Positions 48,387 through 57,100 of a stretch of DNA of 64,000 nt are shown piece by piece. The stretch is from positions 1-64,000 of the IMG/VR virus record IMGVR_UViG_3300006104_000014. One strand, given 5' to 3'. Every line of letters begins with the position of its first letter. Position 1 is the stretch's first letter. The stretch comes from a virus. The notes beneath the pieces are model-generated. The model made no database searches, was not told where the DNA came from, and saw only the letters and a list, made by a program, of their open reading frames with translations. The translations under genes and the position numbers were made by a program.

Positions 48387-49129
48387 TATAGTTTCTCAAT
48401 ATCTGCTAAGAGGTCATTAAGGCGTAGTTGCCCATATTTACCTGCTATTACGATCTCTGGTGTAATGATGGCCCAAGACTCATCCATGTAAGCTTGCAAC
48501 CAGCTCCAAGCAATTGGTTGTACAGCTCCCCAGGTAATTCCGTATGCGTAATCCTTATCGTAGCCTACAAGGATAATACAATGTCCACCGAGGATATTTC
48601 TATCAGCTTGTGTATGGGTTAAAGTCCAAGGCTTATGGGCTGCAAATTGACTTTCAGCTGGAGTTGGAAGCTCAATACCAATGTAAGCTAAGCCATAACT
48701 AGCAATTACTGACTTTAACTCTTGGAAATCTGCTCTATCTGTAGGAGCATAAGCTGCAATCTTGGACCCAAATAATGGATTAGACTGCCAGTACTTAAGT
48801 AGATCAGCCTCTACAGCACCAGAATCTTGTCCATTGGTATATTTTAAATAAGCTTGAACTACTTGCTGTGTAGTTGGAAATGTTTCTTTAAGGGAAAGGG
48901 TAGAAGCTGTTGCCATTCTAGCGTGTACAATACCAGCGAAAGTACAATCACCGTACTGATCATTCCCTAACATCTCCCAGCTAGCAACTTTGGGGACAGA
49001 AACAGAAACTGGGGCAGTTGGCAAAGGATTTTTCTGGTAAAATGCTAAAGCATGCAACCCTTCTGGCCTTTGTGGGGCAAGTTTACCAAGTTTTCCTATG
49101 TTTCTTTCCGACATTTCATCCCCAAACAT
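48386..49129 (-). CDS. Papain-like (C1-type) cysteine peptidase
   Basis: NDQYGDCTFAG, GGHCIILVGYD, ITWG. Confidence 0.8.
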   Translation of the reverse strand: MFGDEMSERNIGKLGKLAPQRPEGLHALAFYQKNPLPTAPVSVSVPKVASWEMLGNDQYGDCTFAGIVHARMATASTLSLKETFPTTQQVVQAYLKYTNGQDSGAVEADLLKYWQSNPLFGSKIAAYAPTDRADFQELKSVIASYGLAYIGIELPTPAESQFAAHKPWTLTHTQADRNILGGHCIILVGYDKDYAYGITWGAVQPIAWSWLQAYMDESWAIITPEIVIAGKYGQLRLNDLLADIEKL

Positions 49130-49173
49130 AAATTTTCTACAACTAACAGTGAATTTTACTGTTGTTTACAATA

Positions 49174-49452
49174 CTATTCTTCTTCATCATCAACAAATTC
49201 TTGAACTTCTCCGAGTTCTTCAGTTTCTGTAAGGAATTCTGACTGAATTCCAAAGATTTCCTCCAAAATAAACATCAACTGAAGGATATCTATGTTGGCT
49301 TTGTACTTTACACTCCAGTTTTCTTTCTGATCTGTAATAGTCAGCTTGTAAGTCTTGGGAAGAACAAGATCTTCTATACTTTCTCCGTCAACATCAAAGC
49401 ATTCACATTTACATGCACACTTTTGACATAGATCACACTTAGTACATGCCAT
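49174..49452 (-). CDS. Small acidic protein with Cys-rich N-terminus
   Basis: GAGGGGG RBS; CTKCDLCQKCACKCEC. Confidence 0.55.
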   Translation of the reverse strand: MACTKCDLCQKCACKCECFDVDGESIEDLVLPKTYKLTITDQKENWSVKYKANIDILQLMFILEEIFGIQSEFLTETEELGEVQEFVDDEEE

Positions 49453-49533
49453 TTTATCCCCCTCGGGCTCGTCACATATATAAACGATATTAGTATAATT
49501 AATGATATTAACTGTTCTTTATAACTACTGTTA

Positions 49534-49561
49534 AGTATAAGGCCTAGAATTTGTTGGTCAA
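49534..49561 (-). promoter_or_regulatory. Sigma70-like promoter
   Basis: TTGACC-N16-TATACT upstream of 49452. Confidence 0.5.
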
Positions 49562-49628
49562 CCCAAACCGCGAAATTTTTTTATTCAATTTCTCCCTTGG
49601 AAACACTAGGGTTTACAAGACTCATTAC

Positions 49629-50249
49629 CTAGTCCTTATAAAAGTTTCCAAATGATTTAACTTCATCGGTATGGAGGTGTCTACTTACGTCTGGAACACT
49701 AAGGAGTACATTTTTTAACCGTTTCCAGTTTCCTTTTGATAGTCCAACCGTGTACTGAAGATAATCTTTAATTTGACTAGCAGTATGTTGAGTAGCTCTA
49801 TCCCTCAGTTCTTCTATTGGACCTTGATCAAAGTGATCTGCTAAACACATTCTATCGTTAGAGCGCAGATCACCTTCTGTGCTTCCCGTTGAGTCTCTTT
49901 GAATACGCTTAAAGAAGTCACTAAATCTTACAGCTTTTTCATCTTCCCCAAAAGCTATTCCACACATTGGGCATTTATGCTCTTTGATAGCCATTTGTTC
50001 TCTATCATAATTGTTTAATGGAGCTCCACCATTACTTAAGAATTCAGCAACAAACGGAATTGGAACTCTTTTATGTAGGACAATGTCTTTTCCAGGGTTT
50101 GCAGTTTCGGTAGATGTAGAAGGTCTTGGGAGTCCTAGAGTGTAAGCATTTTCAGGTGTCCATTCTACTGCATTTTTTACAAAGTGACTGGGTCCATGAC
50201 AGAACGTACATCGAGGTCTACTAGCATATCTTTGACTCCAGTTAATCAT
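49629..50249 (-). CDS. Tagged (MINWSQRYA) Zn-binding protein
   Basis: Tag plus CPMCG..F...E.AVR and GPIEELR shared with 53731-55035. Confidence 0.7.
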   Translation of the reverse strand: MINWSQRYASRPRCTFCHGPSHFVKNAVEWTPENAYTLGLPRPSTSTETANPGKDIVLHKRVPIPFVAEFLSNGGAPLNNYDREQMAIKEHKCPMCGIAFGEDEKAVRFSDFFKRIQRDSTGSTEGDLRSNDRMCLADHFDQGPIEELRDRATQHTASQIKDYLQYTVGLSKGNWKRLKNVLLSVPDVSRHLHTDEVKSFGNFYKD

Positions 50250-50515
50250 TTTTTTGCTGCTTCTCCATCATGGAATTGTCTAAGCTCTAATGCTTTTTTC
50301 TTTAAATTGATGTCACCTTTGGGCTTGCTAGTTAGGCCTCTTTGCCAGGCTCTCTTAGATGTATCAATCTTTACCAATACATCCCTGAGTAGATCTGCAG
50401 CCTGGGTATGGTAGCTTTGAGTCTCACTAGGTGTACTGGTATGTTGGGTATATTTCCCCCAAGCCTCTTGTACACTAGGAGAGAACGAAGAGGCGTACCT
50501 CTCAGCCCAGTTCAT
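50246..50515 (-). CDS. Tagged (MNWAERYA) small helical protein
   Basis: Tag; overlapping start and stop. Confidence 0.65.
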   Translation of the reverse strand: MNWAERYASSFSPSVQEAWGKYTQHTSTPSETQSYHTQAADLLRDVLVKIDTSKRAWQRGLTSKPKGDINLKKKALELRQFHDGEAAKK

Positions 50516-50855
50516 CTATAATCCTCTGCATTTGTTGACGAGCTGTTGAATTTTTACATTCTGGGCATAGACGTTGACTATGCTCACGTGGGTCTGCAAG
50601 AAGTCCACGATTTACGTTATTCCTATATTTTTCAAGACCCATATCTCCACGTAAAAGAACAGCTTCGTTGTGTTCTTCTCTATTACAGTGCAAACAAGTA
50701 CCACCAAATTCTTGGTGGTCTCTATAGTGTTGAAATAAGCGTTCTACTTTTTCGTGGGGATCGGGTATTTTTTCTAAATCTTTGTGTTCAGCTGAGATCA
50801 ATTCTGGATCTTTTCTCCAGTCTTGAAAAGCTGCATATCTTTGTAACCAATTCAT
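50502..50855 (-). CDS. Tagged (MNWLQRYA) Zn-finger protein
   Basis: Tag; CLHC...CPEC. Confidence 0.65.
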   Translation of the reverse strand: MNWLQRYAAFQDWRKDPELISAEHKDLEKIPDPHEKVERLFQHYRDHQEFGGTCLHCNREEHNEAVLLRGDMGLEKYRNNVNRGLLADPREHSQRLCPECKNSTARQQMQRIIDELG

Positions 50856-50864
50856 GATATTTAC

Positions 50865-51056
50865 CTAACAGTTTAGACAGTTATTACCATCATTAGTAAG
50901 TTCATTAGCTGCTACAAGAGTGCCACAGCTTTTGCATCTTCTGGCAACAGGATTATTTTTAACTGCTCGTTCAGAGTTGGGATTATTTGACATAAAGCCA
51001 CGAATCTTTTCTTGTAAATCTTCTGCTGCTGTAGAGTAGCGTTCGGCCCAATTCAT
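50865..51056 (-). CDS. Tagged (MNWAERYS) Zn-ribbon protein
   Basis: Tag; CKSC...CLNC. Confidence 0.65.
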   Translation of the reverse strand: MNWAERYSTAAEDLQEKIRGFMSNNPNSERAVKNNPVARRCKSCGTLVAANELTNDGNNCLNC

Positions 51057-51472
51057 GAGATGAACTTCCTGATGTATTTTTCGGCTTCGTAATCTGAAGC
51101 ACTAGCAACGTGGGCTCCACCATGGCCTCTGTGGTGGAAAAAGCATAACCAAACTAAATTGTCAGCACTCTCTACCCACTTGCCAACGCTGTCGGGGTCG
51201 CTCACGCCGGGATAATCGGCTTCCAACCACTTGAGATCCACTCCATTCTGGAGTGCAAACTCTATATGAGCGTGATGAAGCTCGAGTGGCCGGTCAAGAG
51301 AGCACTCAGAAAAGTCATTATGATGAAGGCCAACGGCACACTGAGCGGTTGCATGAGTTTTTCTACGGTAAGCATTAAAATCGACATAATTAGGGTCTCC
51401 CTCTCTTGGTTCATGCTCTGGAAAGTGAGCTGTATATCTATGTGTTTCGTTTCTACTATGTGCTTCTGTCAT
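51053..51472 (-). CDS. HNH-like (beta-beta-alpha-metal) protein
   Basis: LELHH...DNLVWLCFFHH...H. Confidence 0.55.
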   Translation of the reverse strand: MTEAHSRNETHRYTAHFPEHEPREGDPNYVDFNAYRRKTHATAQCAVGLHHNDFSECSLDRPLELHHAHIEFALQNGVDLKWLEADYPGVSDPDSVGKWVESADNLVWLCFFHHRGHGGAHVASASDYEAEKYIRKFIS

Positions 51473-51984
51473 TTGCCTTCAGCCTTATGTCTATCGTCAC
51501 ACGTGGGGCACCAAACCCAACCAATAGCTGCCCAGTAGTCTTTCATATGGTCGTTTACCCCAACATTTCTAACATCTTTTTCATCGATGGGTTTTCCACA
51601 ACTAACACAAGGAACTCTGGGATGGAGTGTCCCTTCTTTGTGGAATTTTTTCATCCAAGCTAACCAGTCAGGAGTTCCCAATGACTCAATGTCTCCAGTG
51701 GCTCCCCAAGCAAATTGAGAATGCTCATCTGCTTCACTATCATTAAGAGTCAACAATCGGTGGGAGTTGTAATGTAATTGAGCAGCTGCACTGTGGAGTC
51801 TAATTAAACGTCCGAGGCCACTATGAGTCTCACCTGTATCTTGAATAGCTTTCCTTTGTAGGTTCATTAACCTACGGGACTCATCTTTGTGGGTAGCCAT
51901 TTGATGAATATGGGACCCAGGTTGAAAGCCAGCTAATTCAGCTTCAACTAAACTCATACGTGGATGGACATCGTCATCAATCAT
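51469..51984 (-). CDS. His-rich helical protein with C-terminal Zn finger
   Basis: LHSAAAQLH; CVSC...CPTC. Confidence 0.6.
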   Translation of the reverse strand: MIDDDVHPRMSLVEAELAGFQPGSHIHQMATHKDESRRLMNLQRKAIQDTGETHSGLGRLIRLHSAAAQLHYNSHRLLTLNDSEADEHSQFAWGATGDIESLGTPDWLAWMKKFHKEGTLHPRVPCVSCGKPIDEKDVRNVGVNDHMKDYWAAIGWVWCPTCDDRHKAEGK

Positions 51985-52316
51985 TATTTTGCTTTATTCT
52001 TTTGTTGACGTTTCTTTTGCTTTTCTTCATCTGCAGCTTGGGCTCTACCTGTATAGACTCCAATAGCATCGTAGTCATCACATTTACTGCACATATGACT
52101 ATTAGCTAGATTTTGTATAAAAGAGTCACTATGTATACCCTTACCTTGTCTTCCAATGATAGCTACAACGTGGTCATGTTGAGCTTCTCTAGAAACTAAA
52201 GCATAGCGTACTGCTCCGAATGTTTTTAATTTATCTCTAGAACTAAGCTGACCCCATATGGCTTCAATATCATCAGTTACCTGTTTGCTCGCTGCATACC
52301 TTATAGACCAGTTCAT
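51984..52316 (-). CDS. Tagged (MNWSIRYA) hypothetical protein
   Basis: Tag; coupled ORF. Confidence 0.65.
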   Translation of the reverse strand: MNWSIRYAASKQVTDDIEAIWGQLSSRDKLKTFGAVRYALVSREAQHDHVVAIIGRQGKGIHSDSFIQNLANSHMCSKCDDYDAIGVYTGRAQAADEEKQKKRQQKNKAK

Positions 52317-53734
52317 AGTATATCTTCAAACCCTTCATAGCCAGGAGCAAGCTGTCGCCATGGGTAAGCCCGTTGAAACTTGTTAGCTATATTAATCAGC
52401 CTATTGTCCTGATAGTGCAGCGCTGTTACCTGCAAACCGAACGGCAATCCATTAGAACACGCACCGAACGGTATGGATATTGCAGGCACACCTGTGACAT
52501 TTTGCATTGACTCGTTATAGTCTTTTGCTGGTGGATTATAGCTACCATCAGCAGCGAAGCCAGGGTTTGGATTGGTTGGCGTGAGAAGCAGTCCATCGCT
52601 GCCAAGGAGATCATCAAGATTTTTAATATACATAAACCTCTTGCGTCGAAGATCCATGTATTCTTGTAGGTCTACACCCTTACCTATAGTTAAAAAGTCT
52701 TTACCAGATTTAGTTAGTTTGTCCCAGTGCTTGTCTACCCACTGCTTGCCAAATTTAGTATACTGATCTGCTGACACAGCATTGTACCACTCAAGATCCG
52801 GATTGCCCTCTGGGAAAACATCCCGTGGCTCTATCCATATCACTTCGCGCTTCATTAGCTTACCAAATGCTTCTGCTGCCTCTTTAAACTTTTCAGCAGT
52901 CTCTGCTGGCAGCTTTCCAAATGGTGACGTTCTTTCAGCTGCGTATATCTTACCGACACCATATTCTTTATTGTCCAGGAAGTTAACAGCGTCCAGTGGC
53001 AAGCTTGCTGGGTCGCCAGGAGTAGGTGTTTTAAGGATATTATACATTAGTTGTAAATCGTCAGCAGAGTTAGCTAGAATACCATCAGTGGAGTAATCTA
53101 TCCAATCTTGTGCAGGCCACCGGCCTATCATGCCATTGGTTGGCTTCAGCCCAAGCAGCCCACAGTAACCTGCTGGTGTGCGAATAGATCCGCCACCGTC
53201 TGTACCTGTAGCTGCAAAGACCAGGCCAGCAGATAGTGCAGCAGCACTACCACCACTACTACCACCAGGAGCTAGCTTAATATTCCAGGGGTTAGTTGTT
53301 ACTCCTGTTAGATCATTGGCTGTGTAGCCATTGCAACCAAACTCGGGTAGTGTGCTTTTGCCAACAAAAATAAACCCACTAGCTCTCATCTTTGCTGGAG
53401 TAGCATCGTCTTGCTCCTCTGGCTTTGCATTCTTAAATGCAACGCTGCCCTTTTTAGTTGGCATGCCTTTAACATTCTGCAGATCTTTTATCAGTGCTGG
53501 TACACCATGGATTGCTCTAGTAGCTTGACCACTATCAAACATTTTAGCTTGTTGGAGCGCGTCATCATATGCTTCGTGTGCAATGACATTAAGATCTTTG
53601 TTATACTTTTCTATATTACTTATACTTTTTTCTACCAGCTGGGTAGATGTGACTTTGCCAGACTGTAGAGCAGCAACAGCGCGTGTCAATGGACCAGAAT
53701 TTTTACTAGATGAATAGCGTTGTGACCAGTTCAT
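52313..53734 (-). CDS. Amidase-signature (GatA-like) enzyme with MNWSQRYS tag
   Basis: GVPALIKD, PGGSSGGSAAA, GTDGGGSIRTPA, GLKPT: Ser-cisSer-Lys triad motifs. Confidence 0.9.
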   Translation of the reverse strand: MNWSQRYSSSKNSGPLTRAVAALQSGKVTSTQLVEKSISNIEKYNKDLNVIAHEAYDDALQQAKMFDSGQATRAIHGVPALIKDLQNVKGMPTKKGSVAFKNAKPEEQDDATPAKMRASGFIFVGKSTLPEFGCNGYTANDLTGVTTNPWNIKLAPGGSSGGSAAALSAGLVFAATGTDGGGSIRTPAGYCGLLGLKPTNGMIGRWPAQDWIDYSTDGILANSADDLQLMYNILKTPTPGDPASLPLDAVNFLDNKEYGVGKIYAAERTSPFGKLPAETAEKFKEAAEAFGKLMKREVIWIEPRDVFPEGNPDLEWYNAVSADQYTKFGKQWVDKHWDKLTKSGKDFLTIGKGVDLQEYMDLRRKRFMYIKNLDDLLGSDGLLLTPTNPNPGFAADGSYNPPAKDYNESMQNVTGVPAISIPFGACSNGLPFGLQVTALHYQDNRLINIANKFQRAYPWRQLAPGYEGFEDIL

Positions 53735-55035
53735 TGGTATTGCTCTTGTCTTTGTTCAACATTTTTACGACGTTCTTCTGCCCTACAGTCAAGGCAAGGT
53801 TGTCTAGACATATTGGGTTGTAACAACTGGCCTAATGGAACTGTATTATAGCAACTTAAGCAAGTACCAACAGATTGTGGTTTTTCAGAAGCAGCTGGTG
53901 TTGCAGCTTGTTCTGTTTGCTGTGTTTGGTTTCTTTTACGGTACTGTCTTCTTGGAGTCTTAGGGGCAGCTTTACTATCACGGTCTTCTGTTTCGTTAGC
54001 TGAATACTCTTTGGGTGAATAGTTTTTTACAAACTCACTGTAGTCATCAGAGCCTTTTGATAATCCAGCATTTACAGCAGCTTGGTGAGCAGCAGCATAA
54101 GTTCTACAACCCTCACAGGGCTTTTCTTTTAAGTTGTAGTGTTTTGATAAGTTAGAGTGGCTAGGTTGACCTTTTGGGTCTTCAGAATCCCAATCATGTT
54201 CTACACTTGCTTCTGGCCTATTAAGGTAGGCCATTCCACTATGTACACTACCATGCTTGTTAGACATCATAGCTCTAAAGGCAGCTTCTGCTTTTGCCTT
54301 TGAAGTGTGGTGAGATAAGATCTTACCTGTACCCTTTTGCCAAATTACCCAGCTTTTAGACTTCTTATCGTAACGTACATAATGGTATCCATTTTCAGAT
54401 GCATACCTTTCATTCCAATTAGCACTACCCATATGCCCTTCCATAAAAGGCTTCATCGATTCTTGTAGGTACTCATCATGGAAGGAATGTGCATTCATCT
54501 TAGAGTAATTTTCTCTAAGTTGTTCAATTGGGCCTTCTTCAATATTTGTACCCGACGACCTAGGAAATAATTCAGAATGGGGCTGTGTCTCTTGTTCAGA
54601 TCTACTTGGAAGTCCATGACAAAATACCATCAAATCTGATAAGCAATTTGAGTGTGCAGGTCCAGCAAAATGTGCACCAAAATCTGATGGAAGTATTTCT
54701 CCATCTTCACTAGGACCTGGGACTAAACGTTTTGCCATTTCTCCAGGTTTAAACTTATCCCCACACCAAATACAACGGTTTTCTCTGATGCACTTTTCAT
54801 GCATCATTGGGTTGATGCCACCGTCTGGATGCATAGTATAACCTACAGCATGTGGCTCGTCACTAAAGGAGCCTCCACCAGTAGGTCCATAGAATTTTCT
54901 AGTTGGAACGTAGTGTGGTCTTGACCTTCCAATAGGTGGATCCCATATCATACTTCTGTTCCAAAGTTTCTTTGGCTTAGCGTATCTCTTGTCCCAAGCT
55001 AAGGAACCTAAATAGTTAGTCATACTTTTACTCAC
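53731..55035 (-). CDS. Multi-module protein with an N-terminal (WDKRYA) and an internal (NWNERYA) tag
   Basis: CIWCG...H..C....C domain; second tag near 54400-54420. Confidence 0.7.
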   Translation of the reverse strand: MSKSMTNYLGSLAWDKRYAKPKKLWNRSMIWDPPIGRSRPHYVPTRKFYGPTGGGSFSDEPHAVGYTMHPDGGINPMMHEKCIRENRCIWCGDKFKPGEMAKRLVPGPSEDGEILPSDFGAHFAGPAHSNCLSDLMVFCHGLPSRSEQETQPHSELFPRSSGTNIEEGPIEQLRENYSKMNAHSFHDEYLQESMKPFMEGHMGSANWNERYASENGYHYVRYDKKSKSWVIWQKGTGKILSHHTSKAKAEAAFRAMMSNKHGSVHSGMAYLNRPEASVEHDWDSEDPKGQPSHSNLSKHYNLKEKPCEGCRTYAAAHQAAVNAGLSKGSDDYSEFVKNYSPKEYSANETEDRDSKAAPKTPRRQYRKRNQTQQTEQAATPAASEKPQSVGTCLSCYNTVPLGQLLQPNMSRQPCLDCRAEERRKNVEQRQEQYQ

Positions 55036-55280
55036 CTATACTTTTCCAATACGTCTAAGGCATCGCTTATACCAGCAGCTCTATCTGGGCTATAAATACC
55101 ATTACCAGCTGCAAGGTGGGCATTAGCAGCTACAAGGTGGGCCCTTGATAAAGGTCCCTCTGTATTTTTTGACCGGTCTAAATGGTATAAGTGTCTAGTA
55201 CCATGGTCGTAGGGATCTAATTCAGTCTGAATAAAAGGCCCAAGTGATACTTTCTTAAAACGCTCATTCCAACTATACAT
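55032..55280 (-). CDS. Tag-variant (MYSWNERF) His/Ala helical protein
   Basis: GGAG RBS before ATG at 55280. Confidence 0.6.
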   Translation of the reverse strand: MYSWNERFKKVSLGPFIQTELDPYDHGTRHLYHLDRSKNTEGPLSRAHLVAANAHLAAGNGIYSPDRAAGISDALDVLEKYR

Positions 55281-55566
55281 AAAAACTCCCAAAATCTAGT
55301 CGTGGCTTTTTTTTTGCGCAACCCCAATATTACAAGGGTATTTACACCTTCCCTTAGTCTTTTAAAGAATTACATTTGACAGAGTTACTATTGTCAAGCC
55401 GTACTTTTCGCGGGTCCTCCAAACAGTGTACTTAGTTCTCTCCTTTTAGGGGGAATTTATATACAGTTAAGGATACACTTTAAGAGACAAAAGGACAACC
55501 GGGTATCCTCCTATTAGGACAGCCATTAGGGAAATATAGGATGTTCTAAAAAACTGCATTTCTAGT

Positions 55567-55687
55567 CTCGGCTTTGGCTAACTGACGCCGTGGTTCCAGG
55601 AGATCAGCTGTTGGGGGGATGCAAATCTTTACGGCGGATAAGCCGGGGACCTATACAAGCATCCCCAGGCCTACCTGGACTGCCGAG
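55567..55687 (-). ncRNA. Unidentified GC-rich structured RNA just after the 55693 stop
   Basis: CTCGGC/GCCGAG, TCCAGG/CCTGGA, GGGGATGC/GCATCCCC and CGCCGT/ACGGCG complementarities. Confidence 0.4.
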
Positions 55688-55692
55688 GTTAA

Positions 55693-56019
55693 CTAACCCT
55701 CGTACTCGGCCTCGGCCTCGTCATCCATCTCGGGGAGAGGACCGAACTCGCAGCTGTCGAACAGCAACGTCGCGTTCGTCTTGGTGGCCCCCACGGTCTC
55801 GGCCTTCCAGCGGCCGGACTTCTCACCCTGGGTAACGATCACCACGATAACCTCTCCCTCCACCTCGTAGGCACCGAGGACCACACCGTGCCAGCTCTGA
55901 GCCTTCGGGTTGTCGGGGTTCCACGTCACCTCCTGGTACTGACCGAAGTCCTCCAGGGTGTAGGTGGCCTTGTTGGCCTTGCGGTTACTGAAACTGAAAC
56001 TGCCGGCGTTGCTAGTCAT
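55693..56019 (-). CDS. SH3-like protein with acidic tail (true start MTSNAG at 56019)
   Basis: AGGAGG RBS; VTW...WHGVV similar to 60341-60679. Confidence 0.65.
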   Translation of the reverse strand: MTSNAGSFSFSNRKANKATYTLEDFGQYQEVTWNPDNPKAQSWHGVVLGAYEVEGEVIVVIVTQGEKSGRWKAETVGATKTNATLLFDSCEFGPLPEMDDEAEAEYEG

Positions 56020-56104
56020 GTTTCCTCCTAAGGAACATGGTCTCAACCCGGGATAACGGCTACCCCGGGGTACTACTTGGTACTTCCTATCCTTAGGTCT
56101 ATTT

Positions 56105-56165
56105 CCCCCAAAGGATATATTATAATAAATCCCCGTAAGTAGGGTAATATTTTTAAATATTACCA
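56105..56165 (-). promoter_or_regulatory. Early promoter repeat copy 1 with inverted-repeat operator
   Basis: TTACCC-N17-TATAAT-ATATCCTTTGGGG; GGTAATATTT-TT-AAATATTACC palindrome; diverged copy at 56241-56297. Confidence 0.6.
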
Positions 56166-56809
56166 TCTCCTACCAGGACTCCCCGGGATTTCCGGGAATG
56201 CAATGGGACCAATTGGCCTTTAATTACTTAGGCCTATTTGCCCCATTTGGTATATTATTATAAATTACCGTAAGTAGGGTAAAATTTATAAATATTAGCT
56301 ACTTCTACCATCCTGCAAGTGTTATAGCTTTCTGGAGAAGTGTTGGTGCTATATAGCTCCTAAAGCGTGTTAGACACGTCTGTCACTATAAGGTAGTCAC
56401 CATACTATATGTCCCGTCAGCACCTATAGTAGTAGGAGTGTACTATAATTAACGTCTCCGTCTACATATGGCAGGCACACGTGTACACATGCAGTTCTAC
56501 TAGATAAACACTGCTGTCCTATAGCTGTTGAGCTGCAGACACATCCATCCTACCTAGCCTACTAGTAGTCGTATACTCTTTAACTACTTTTTCTGTAGAC
56601 ACCTTAGATTAACATCCCAAACACACCTTACTTTAACACGTATAGTATGGGATGTTGGAGATAGAAATAGTAGTAAGTATGATAGTATAACGTGGATACG
56701 ACGTAATACTATAGGTTATCTACACACCTATGCCCTATCCACTACTACCATACCTACTACTATTCTATTTTAACGACTCCGTAGGATCACTCTTTCTTTC
56801 GCTACGCTC

Positions 56810-57100
56810 CTACGAAATGCATCCTACCAACACTCCGAGCCCAAAGACTAGACCAGCAAAGATAGCCAACACCGCCGTTCCTATTGGCGATACGAAGATG
56901 TCCAAATCATCAACGAGTTCGTCGTAGTCTTGGTTGTTTAGTTCAGGCATTTTCTCCACAATCTTCTCGAATTCCGTGTCGTAATAGCTTTGCATGACGA
57001 GATCGTACTCATCAGCATCTTGCTTCCATTCTTCATCTTGCTCTTCTTTACCGAGGTCTTCATGGTGAACCCCTTCAAAGATATCATCCCAATCCATCAC
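56810..57100 (-). CDS. Acidic protein with C-terminal TM helix
   Basis: GGAGG RBS; hydrophobic C-terminus. Confidence 0.6.
   Translation of the reverse strand: MMDWDDIFEGVHHEDLGKEEQDEEWKQDADEYDLVMQSYYDTEFEKIVEKMPELNNQDYDELVDDLDIFVSPIGTAVLAIFAGLVFGLGVLVGCIS

Noticed and set aside
52313-53734. Calling the amidase gatA
   Set aside because: No gatB/gatC, and family motifs alone do not establish Glu-tRNA amidotransferase function
56020-56166. N-terminal extension of ORF 55693-56166 (likewise ORF 60084-60272)
   Set aside because: These translate promoter and ribozyme sequence; the real starts follow AGGAGG-type RBSs
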